Shown one piece after another: positions 57,164-64,000 of a stretch of DNA of 64,000 nucleotides. Below the pieces are notes generated by a model, which did no database searches, was not told where the DNA came from, and saw only the letters and a program-made list of their open reading frames with translations. Where the stretch lies: NCBI GenBank assembly GCA_021815445.1, contig JAKAGM010000002.1, forward strand, positions 307,720 through 371,719, written 5' to 3'. This DNA comes from a bacterium (lineage in GTDB: Bacteria; Patescibacteriota; Patescibacteriia; UBA10025). Each line of letters opens with the position of its first letter. The first letter of the stretch is position 1. The position numbers and the translations under genes were made by a program.

Positions 57164-58306
57164 ATGCGAAAAGTTCAATCAGTGAAATATTTGATTGCCG
57201 GTGCGCTCGTTGTGGCGGGTTTATTCGGTATTCGCAGTGCTGCGCATGCCGCATTACTCTTTACCTACCCGCAGGAATACCAGGCGGTGGCGAATGACAC
57301 GCTTGTCGTCGATATTAGGCTGGACAGCAAGCTGGATCCCGTGAATGTGGTGAAAGGGACGTTGCTGTATCCCACTGACCTTCTCGCCGTGGAGGACGTT
57401 TCATACCGCGGATCATTCCTGACGCTGTGGATCCAGCAGCCCACCGTTGACGCAAAGGCGGGAACCGTCACATTCCTGGGGGGCGTTCCTCATGGCAGCT
57501 ACGTAGCCGGTGGACGCGTTATGACCGTTACTTTCCGTGCGTTGTCCCAGGGTACTGCGAAGCTTGTTTTTGACCAGGGGTTGTCGAGCGTTCTCCTGAA
57601 TGACGGCAAGGGAACCAAGGCCCCGCTCCAGACACAGCAGGGGACCTATTATATCGTGGATGCTTTAACAAGCATCGTCCGAATAGACTCATCGACCCAT
57701 CCGGACGAAAATACGTGGTATCCCTTTAACCTGCTTAAAGTTCATTGGGATCCAAAACCCGGCGCTTCCTATAGTTATGTGCTGAGCAAGGATCCTTTTG
57801 AAACCCCTGATGATCTCGCAGATTCGGCCATCGGTGATGTACAGTTTACCGATCTCGATGACGGGGCATATTACTTTACCCTCAAGGAGCTTATCCCGGG
57901 TCATGCCTGGAGCGTCGTAGGCAGGCGGAGAGCGCTTATCGACAGGATAGGCCCGACAGGTTTGGAGTATAAGATCGGCAGCGATCCCACCGCGTATGGA
58001 GGGAAAACATTTTTAGCATTCACAGCGTCAGATGCGGCGTCGGGCATCGATCACTTTGATGTAGTCGAAGGAAATACGGTGACATCACCGGCTACAAGTC
58101 CGTACATTCTCGCAGATCAGACCCGCCACAAGGGGATTATCCTCCGGGTATATGATAAGGCGGGTAATATGACCGAGGCCACGGTTTCCCAATCTTCTCC
58201 GATTACCTCCTCAACAGCGACATTCATAGTCGTTGGCGCCGGTATTGTTCTAGGTGCTATTGTAGTAATATGGATTCGCACGCGAAAGCGCAAAAAAGAA
58301 CAATAA
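57164..58306 (+). CDS. Surface protein with N-terminal cohesin-like domain, a conserved STHPDxNxWY domain and a C-terminal TM anchor
   Basis: Signal peptide, a ~140-aa beta-sandwich-like region that is paralogous to the N-terminus of the next gene, then the C-terminal TM FIVVGAGIVLGAIVVIWI followed by RTRKRKK. Confidence 0.55.
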   Translation: MRKVQSVKYLIAGALVVAGLFGIRSAAHAALLFTYPQEYQAVANDTLVVDIRLDSKLDPVNVVKGTLLYPTDLLAVEDVSYRGSFLTLWIQQPTVDAKAGTVTFLGGVPHGSYVAGGRVMTVTFRALSQGTAKLVFDQGLSSVLLNDGKGTKAPLQTQQGTYYIVDALTSIVRIDSSTHPDENTWYPFNLLKVHWDPKPGASYSYVLSKDPFETPDDLADSAIGDVQFTDLDDGAYYFTLKELIPGHAWSVVGRRRALIDRIGPTGLEYKIGSDPTAYGGKTFLAFTASDAASGIDHFDVVEGNTVTSPATSPYILADQTRHKGIILRVYDKAGNMTEATVSQSSPITSSTATFIVVGAGIVLGAIVVIWIRTRKRKKEQ

Positions 58307-60699
58307 GCCGGGGACACTTTGCACGAAAGATTTTTATCTTTCTTGCCGCCATCCTTGCCTCGGGCGGTATGTTTTTTGTTTTGCGTCCTGTGCCGGCTTC
58401 TGCCGCCACGTTCAGCCTGGTCCCGTCGAGCGGGACTATTACTATCGGGCAACAGACGGATATCACGCTGACTCTAGGCAGTCCGGGGCAGGCGATTAAT
58501 GCGGCCGAAGCGGTAATAACATTTCCCAGCACCTACCTTGCGGTAGATAGCGTCACCAAAGGCGCGCTCTTCAACCATTGGCCGGTAGGTCCTGTTTTCT
58601 CGAACGCACCGGGTACTGTCACGTTCGCAGGCGGCCTGCCATCCCCGGGATTCTCCGGTGACTCAGGAACGGTGTTCGCCGTCGCTTTTCGCGGAGTGTC
58701 CCCGGGTGCCGGCGTACAGGTATGCATCACAGCTGCGCGGATACTCGCAAACGACGGGAACGGCACGGACGTACTTCAGCCTCCTGATTGCGCGGTTTAT
58801 GACGTCGTGGCTGGGAAGGTTCCCCCTGCTCCACAGGTAACCTCCTCGACTCACCCCGACCAGAATGCATGGTATCCGCTTTCCAGTCCCGCAATATCGT
58901 GGACTATAGGCGAGGGCGTACTTGATTTTAGCTACGTGCTTGACCGCACATCGGGCACCCAGCCTGACGAACAGGGAGAAGGAATAGGCACGGCGAAAAC
59001 CTACACCGGTCTTGACGACGGAATATGGTATTTTCACGTACGCGCAAAAAATATATTCGGGTGGGGAGCTACGGGGCATTTTACCCTGAGGATAGATACT
59101 GTCGCTCCGCTTCCTTTTGCCATCAATCTCCTCGATGGGCAAAACACAGAATCGCATACTCCGCGGATCAGCTTTGAAACGACCGACGCCACTTCTGGCG
59201 TCCAGTACTATGAGATCATGCTCAATGGAGGTCCGGCGGTAACCTTGCCCGTCGGATCGACTCTCCCATACACATTTTCACAGCTCCAAAACGGAGAATA
59301 TACGGTTATCGCGACGGCCGTGGATTACTCGGGAAATCGTACAACGGCGTCGACGCTCTTTACCGTAGTTTCTCCGACACTTTTGAACCGCATAGACCAG
59401 ATCATCAATATTACAAAGGAGCAGATTGCGAAAATCCTGCCCGCACCCGTGATATCCACTATCACAAATGTCACAAAGGACATCGCTAAAACGATCGAAA
59501 CCCTGCGCTCGAACACTGAAGTAACGAATGTTTTTAAGGATATCGTCCAGCCGACCACGAGCACCGCAGCCATCATCGCAACTGTCGGCGTCGCGACATC
59601 AACGGCGACAGTCGAATTGACCAACATTTTTTACTTGCTCTTCCGTTTCGGGTATTTCTGGCTGCTGCCTATCTCGTTCGGCAAAAAACGAAAGCCGTGG
59701 GGCGTCGTCTTTGACAGCTCGACAGGCCGGCCTATCAAAGGAGTGATGGTCAGAATCTTTGCGAAAGAATTCAACAAGCTCAAAGAAACCCAGATTACCG
59801 ATGATCAGGGAAGGTTCGGCTTCCTGGTGGATATCGGAGAATACTATGTGACGGTGTCGCGTCCCGGATATTTTTTTCCTTCCCGCCTCATCCTTACCCC
59901 CGTTATCAGCCGTTTCGAAAACATTTACCGCGGGGAAGTTTTTTCTATCAAAGAGCGGATTGAATCCGCTATTTCAATCAATGTTCCCATCGATCCCGAC
60001 GACCAGCATGTTTCGCGCCTCCGCCTCAACTGGCTGCGGGTCATTAATCTCTTGGGTGTTATTCTCGACAAAATGAATGCTCCGCTGTTGATCGGCGGCA
60101 CGCTCTTGAGCTGGGCGACGCTGATCATGCAACCGCGGCTTGGGAACTATCTCGTGCTTGCGCTGTATGGATTCCTCATCTTGGTAAAATTTTACCTCGC
60201 GAAAAGGGTCCAGCGGTCATGGGGAATCGTCAGAGACGCCGTGACGGACAAGCCCGTCGAACTCGCCGTCGTGCGCATCCATAATATTGCATCCGGTGCC
60301 GTGGCTGCCACCAAGATTACCAACGGCGAAGGCAAATTTTCCGCCCTTGTCATGCCCGGTCAGTATTACCTCATGGTAATAAAGGCCGGCTATCAGGCGT
60401 ACCAAAGCAAGACCGTGAACATCGTCAAGCAGCGCGGTTTGATCACCACGGAAGTGCGGTTGAGGCCTATTGAAAAAAAACAACCGCAAATTTCATCTAT
60501 GCCCCACTTAGGCGAACCTCCAGCGGTACAACCGCGCACAACCGATGAGCAAGAAGCCATAGCAGAACATGGCCCCGGTTTCACTGATGCTTCTTCTGGC
60601 GAGAAACAACTGCCGCATTCCATGCCGCCCAAGAGTGACGATCTTCTCTCAGGAGAAGAAGGAGATTCTACCCCAGGCAATCCTCAAAAAAAATTGTAA
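58270..60699 (+). CDS. Cohesin-like + STHPDxNxWY domain protein with a multi-TM region and two carboxypeptidase-regulatory-like (CarbopepD_reg) domains. The start is uncertain: the first 33 codons (58270-58368) overlap the preceding gene, and the hydrophobic signal-like segment precedes Met34.
   Basis: The N-terminal domain is paralogous to the 57164 gene. The CarbopepD_reg-like segments are WGVVFDSSTGRPIKGVMVRI...TDDQGRFGF...GEYYVTVSRPGYF and WGIVRDAVTDKPVELAVVRI...GEGKF...GQYYLMVIKAGYQ. Confidence 0.55.
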   Translation: MDSHAKAQKRTISRGHFARKIFIFLAAILASGGMFFVLRPVPASAATFSLVPSSGTITIGQQTDITLTLGSPGQAINAAEAVITFPSTYLAVDSVTKGALFNHWPVGPVFSNAPGTVTFAGGLPSPGFSGDSGTVFAVAFRGVSPGAGVQVCITAARILANDGNGTDVLQPPDCAVYDVVAGKVPPAPQVTSSTHPDQNAWYPLSSPAISWTIGEGVLDFSYVLDRTSGTQPDEQGEGIGTAKTYTGLDDGIWYFHVRAKNIFGWGATGHFTLRIDTVAPLPFAINLLDGQNTESHTPRISFETTDATSGVQYYEIMLNGGPAVTLPVGSTLPYTFSQLQNGEYTVIATAVDYSGNRTTASTLFTVVSPTLLNRIDQIINITKEQIAKILPAPVISTITNVTKDIAKTIETLRSNTEVTNVFKDIVQPTTSTAAIIATVGVATSTATVELTNIFYLLFRFGYFWLLPISFGKKRKPWGVVFDSSTGRPIKGVMVRIFAKEFNKLKETQITDDQGRFGFLVDIGEYYVTVSRPGYFFPSRLILTPVISRFENIYRGEVFSIKERIESAISINVPIDPDDQHVSRLRLNWLRVINLLGVILDKMNAPLLIGGTLLSWATLIMQPRLGNYLVLALYGFLILVKFYLAKRVQRSWGIVRDAVTDKPVELAVVRIHNIASGAVAATKITNGEGKFSALVMPGQYYLMVIKAGYQAYQSKTVNIVKQRGLITTEVRLRPIEKKQPQISSMPHLGEPPAVQPRTTDEQEAIAEHGPGFTDASSGEKQLPHSMPPKSDDLLSGEEGDSTPGNPQKKL

Positions 60700-60708
60700 A
60701 CTAACACT

Positions 60709-61416
60709 ATGCGTGCTGCGATTGTTATTCCAACATATAACGAAAAAGAGAATATTATCCCGCTCCTGCGGTCTATTCTATCTCAAAAGGTGGCTGCCGC
60801 CTTGGAGATTATAGTGGTCGATGACAACTCCCCCGACGGTACCGGTTTACTCATTGATGAGGAAAGCAAGCTTCATCAAGAAATTTCGTGTATCCATCGC
60901 AAGGGAAAACTCGGCTTGGGGAGCGCATACCGCGAGGGATTCCGCACGGCCTTATCGCGAGGCGCAGATGCAATTGTCGGCATGGACGCGGATTTTTCAC
61001 ACTCCCCAAAATATCTGCCTGCGCTACTTGCCGGCACCGCTCACGCGGACCTTGTCATCGGATCACGGTACATCAAGGGCGGCGGCCAAAAAGGATGCTC
61101 GCTCGGACGGAGGATTCTGAGCAGGGGGGCTAATGCGCTGGCACGGCTCCTCCTCGCGCTTCCGACGCGGGATGCTACTTCAGGATTTCGGTGCTACACG
61201 CGGGCAGTTTTTGACCGCATAGATCTTTCGACAGTCAGATCAGACGGATACTCATTCCTGGTAGAAATGGTGGTCAGATGCCGCCGCGCCGGACTGACGA
61301 TAAGGGAGGTGCCGATTATTTTCGAAAATCGAACCCGCGGGGCTTCCAAAATATCCCGCAGGGAAGTGTGGCACGGGATGATGACGATTCTACACCTTCT
61401 ATTTCGGAGGTTCTGA
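60709..61416 (+). CDS. GT2 polyprenol-phosphate glycosyltransferase (Dpm1-like)
   Basis: IVIPTYNEKENI...IIVVDDNSPDGT...GSRYIKGG. Confidence 0.85.
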   Translation: MRAAIVIPTYNEKENIIPLLRSILSQKVAAALEIIVVDDNSPDGTGLLIDEESKLHQEISCIHRKGKLGLGSAYREGFRTALSRGADAIVGMDADFSHSPKYLPALLAGTAHADLVIGSRYIKGGGQKGCSLGRRILSRGANALARLLLALPTRDATSGFRCYTRAVFDRIDLSTVRSDGYSFLVEMVVRCRRAGLTIREVPIIFENRTRGASKISRREVWHGMMTILHLLFRRF

Positions 61417-61980
61417 TGTATCGTTCGCTTTTCCGGTCTGAGTAAAGCGCACTTTCAAAACATACAATACAGTAGCTATCCACAGCCCCCCGCATATATA
61501 ACCTGCCAAGACGTCACTCATCCAATGCACTCCCAGGTACACGCGGTCGTAGCCAACTAGCAAAATATATATCGTGCCTGCAAGATACAGTAGCCAATGT
61601 CTGCCCTTGTGAACATGCGGGAGGATACAATACAGCAAGGTAAAAACTAAAAGTACCGCACCAAGAGCATGCCCGCTCGGAAAGCTTGGGCTGGTGATGC
61701 GCTCCAAGACATTGACGACATAAGCCGTCGGTCTGGGCCGGCCGATCAGAAATTTTGCCAGCGGTATGATTGCGTTCCCGGAAAAGAAAATAATAATACA
61801 CACCGCCGTATTCTTTTTTCCCTGAAATATGAGATACGCAATGACGGGTACCGCCAGGACGAGGTAGAGTTCCGGTGCGCTGATGATGCCAAAAAATTTC
61901 ATTGCCGCAGTCAGCCAGGCCGGCTGGGCCGACTGGATAAAATGGGATACTGAAATGTCTATTGGCCACGGGACGCTCAT
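61399..61980 (-). CDS. PAP2-family membrane phosphatase
   Basis: KxxxxxxRP (GRPRPTAY), PSGH (SFPSGHALG) and SRxxxxxHxxxD-like (DRVYLGVHWMSDV) motifs. Confidence 0.8.
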   Translation of the reverse strand: MSVPWPIDISVSHFIQSAQPAWLTAAMKFFGIISAPELYLVLAVPVIAYLIFQGKKNTAVCIIIFFSGNAIIPLAKFLIGRPRPTAYVVNVLERITSPSFPSGHALGAVLLVFTLLYCILPHVHKGRHWLLYLAGTIYILLVGYDRVYLGVHWMSDVLAGYICGGLWIATVLYVLKVRFTQTGKANDTSEPPK

Positions 61981-62212
61981 GTGCGTATATCTAAATAGTA
62001 CATTAACTTCGTTCGTACTGCGAGCCGGTAAAAAATCGAATATCGCAAAACTACCGGTTAAGCGAAAAAACCGTCAATCTCACCCCCCTCATTTGGCAGT
62101 CTCAGCGGTCGATCTCCTGAGGCTTGATTTCCTGTGATTTTGTGCTATACTATTGCTAATTCTCGTGTATTTTCAGTGTTTTTTACATGCAGAGGATGGG
62201 TAATCTGGACAG

Positions 62213-62289
62213 GGGTGATTAGCTCAGCTGGTTAGAGCGCGGCGTTCACATCGCCGAGGTCCCTGGTTCAAATCCAGGATCACCCACCA
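62213..62289 (+). tRNA. tRNA-Val (anticodon CAC), CCA encoded
   Basis: Acceptor GGGTGAT/ATCACCC, anticodon loop TTCACAT, T-arm CCTGGTTCAAATCCAGG. The 3' end is ACCA. Confidence 0.8.
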
Positions 62290-62302
62290 CCAGGGAGCTT
62301 AA

Positions 62303-62938
62303 TTGACTACTTCTAGTGTTCACCAAAATATGATCAAACTTTTTCAGAAATCTCAGAAAAAACCCCATGAAGAGCGATCGACCTCGGCAGGCGGGTTTAT
62401 CTTCGAAATAGGAAAGACTATCGTCATCGCGATTGCCCTGGTATTGGTGATCAGATTTTTCCTTATCCAGCCTTTTTACGTCAAGGGAGCATCCATGGAA
62501 CCTAACTTTCATGACCACGAATATCTCGTGATTGATGAAATCAGCTACCGCCTGCACCAGCCTGAACGCGGCGATGTCATTGTTATCCGGTATCCTCGCG
62601 ACCCGTCGCAATTTTTTATTAAACGCCTGATCGGTCTGCCGGGAGAGACCATAGAAATCCACAGGGATGAAGTGGTCATCACCACTGCAGGGTCCCAAAC
62701 GATAGTACTCAGTGAACCGTACCTTGCGCCGGACACTCCGACAACCGGCGAAATACGCCTGACGCTTGCCAGCGATGAATACTTCGTCCTCGGAGATAAT
62801 CGAACGGCGAGTCTCGACTCCCGGTCATTCGGCGCTGTTAAAAAAAGTTACGTGGTCGGACGGACATGGATTCGCGTGTGGCCCTTTGACCGTTTTCGGA
62901 TTTTTAAGAATATAAACTACCCGACGTCGGCGCCCTAG
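62303..62938 (+). CDS. lepB: Signal peptidase I
   Basis: S26 boxes GASMEPNF and GDNRTASLDSRSFG. Confidence 0.85.
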   Translation: MTTSSVHQNMIKLFQKSQKKPHEERSTSAGGFIFEIGKTIVIAIALVLVIRFFLIQPFYVKGASMEPNFHDHEYLVIDEISYRLHQPERGDVIVIRYPRDPSQFFIKRLIGLPGETIEIHRDEVVITTAGSQTIVLSEPYLAPDTPTTGEIRLTLASDEYFVLGDNRTASLDSRSFGAVKKSYVVGRTWIRVWPFDRFRIFKNINYPTSAP

Positions 62939-62962
62939 CGCACCCGTCAGGAAGCTTTTTTC

Positions 62963-64000
62963 ATGTCAGAGAAATCTAAAGACAAACTTCCGCGTCTGCT
63001 GCGGGGGATGAAAGATATCCTTCCGCAAGATCAGTCCCAATGGGACCATCTGAGGCAGAAGGTGAAAGCGTTTGCGACAAGTTACGGTTTTTCGCGTATT
63101 GACACGCCCGTACTCGAACAGACGAGTCTTTTTGTGCGGTCGGTGGGAAAGGGGACCGATATAGTGGAAAAGGAGATGTTTTCTTTTGTGGACCAGGGAA
63201 ATGAACAGGTGACGCTCCGTCCTGAAGCGACCGCAAGTATTGCACGGGCGTTTATCGAGCATGGCTTTGTCAATCAGCCGAAACCGGTCAAGCTTTTCTG
63301 GATGGGGCCGCTTTTTCGGCATGACCGTCCCCAAGCCGGCAGGCAACGGCAATTCTGGCAATTTGACTTCGAATCACTCGGAGAAGCGCATCCGGTGGTT
63401 GACGCTGAACTGATCCTTGTCGCGTATACGATTGTTCGGGAGCTGGGGCTGGAGCCCGTGGTCCAGATCAACAGCATCGGAGACGCGCAGGACAGAGAAA
63501 GGTACAAAAAAGCCCTCGTAGAGTATTTTCGTCCCCGCCGCAACCAGCTTTCTGATGAGATAAAAAAACGCCTTCAGCGCAACCCCTTGAGAGTGCTTGA
63601 CGCCAAGGAGGAAGAAGTGCGGATCCTCGTCCAAGACGCCCCGCAGATTGTTGATTTCCTCTCTGAGGAAGCCAATAAACATTTTGTGAAAGTGTTGGAG
63701 CACCTCGACGAGCTTGATATTCCGTATGTTCTGAACCCGCGGCTGGTTCGCGGGTTGGATTATTATAACAGGACAGTCTTCGAGATTTGGCCGACAGGCG
63801 ATGATACCGGGCAGCTGGCTCTCGGGGGCGGCGGACGGTACGACGGACTGGTAGAATCTCTCGGCGGCCAGCCGACGCCTGCTGCCGGTTTCGCGATCGG
63901 CATCGAGCGGCTTCTTATGAAAATGCGCGAAGCAAATGTCCCGATCCCGCAGCCTGAAACTCCGAGAATATTTATCGCCCAGCTCGGCGAGGCGTCAAGG
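62963..64000 (+). CDS. hisS: Histidyl-tRNA synthetase (5' partial; continues beyond the window)
   Basis: Class-II motif 1 region EKEMFSFVDQGNEQVTLRPEATASIARAF and motif 2 FRHDRPQAGRQRQFWQFDFE. This ORF is absent from the supplied track because no stop codon falls inside the window. Confidence 0.85.
   Translation, partial: MSEKSKDKLPRLLRGMKDILPQDQSQWDHLRQKVKAFATSYGFSRIDTPVLEQTSLFVRSVGKGTDIVEKEMFSFVDQGNEQVTLRPEATASIARAFIEHGFVNQPKPVKLFWMGPLFRHDRPQAGRQRQFWQFDFESLGEAHPVVDAELILVAYTIVRELGLEPVVQINSIGDAQDRERYKKALVEYFRPRRNQLSDEIKKRLQRNPLRVLDAKEEEVRILVQDAPQIVDFLSEEANKHFVKVLEHLDELDIPYVLNPRLVRGLDYYNRTVFEIWPTGDDTGQLALGGGGRYDGLVESLGGQPTPAAGFAIGIERLLMKMREANVPIPQPETPRIFIAQLGEASR

Overview
The window reads as a gene-dense stretch of a small-genome bacterium. 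The gene content (giant Thr/Gly-rich surface protein, O-antigen-ligase/TPR fusion, short Rel, many orphan secreted proteins) looks Candidate-Phyla-Radiation/Patescibacteria-like; that placement is inference.

Layout:
- 0.1-17 kb: a large metal/thiol-redox island on the + strand. It contains a lipoprotein type-1 cupredoxin, a DnaG-type primase with a 500-aa unknown N-terminal extension, and two operons holding a TlpA-like thioredoxin, a CC-motif DsbD/CcdA-like transporter, two proteins sharing a C-terminal LPSQVGGC tail, CcdA x2, a BlaI/CopY-like repressor paired with a sensor-less BlaR1-like M56 protease, an HMA domain fused to a Met/Gly-rich membrane protein, CopZ, two tandem cupredoxin-like proteins and CopA. 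A third unit carries DsbA x2 and Lgt. All three units sit behind the same TTGAC-promoter/TACTAC-N5-GTAGTA operator.
- 17.1-17.7 kb: tRNA-fMet and a second tRNA-CAT, followed by two diverged ~170-nt structured non-coding units.
- 17.8-18.7 kb: an EamA/DMT-family transporter on the - strand.
- 18.8-19.5 kb: a rearranged tRNA-Leu(CAA) locus on the - strand, with two copies of an ~80-nt double-hairpin element, a duplicated tRNA 5' half, a diverged tRNA 3' fragment and a YhbQ-type GIY-YIG gene.
- 19.5-26 kb: housekeeping genes: ParA, ParB, an O-antigen-ligase/TPR protein, a short Rel and TrxB.
- 26-29.7 kb: four orphan secreted/membrane genes, each with its own terminator.
- 30-41 kb: TopA, DprA, Mfd, Pth, Der and an LCP protein on the - strand.
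- 41.4-60.7 kb: a surface cluster. It holds a 3700-aa repeat protein whose N-terminus encodes an excisionase-type HTH followed by a TM anchor, two perfectly duplicated 363-aa secreted paralogs that share the giant protein's C-terminal domain (...LVTTGRF), an anchor-like surface protein, a dockerin protein and two cohesin-like membrane proteins.
- 60.7-64 kb: a Dpm1-like GT2, a PAP2 phosphatase, tRNA-Val, LepB and a partial HisS.

No CRISPR array, rRNA gene or recognisable transposase/integrase was seen.
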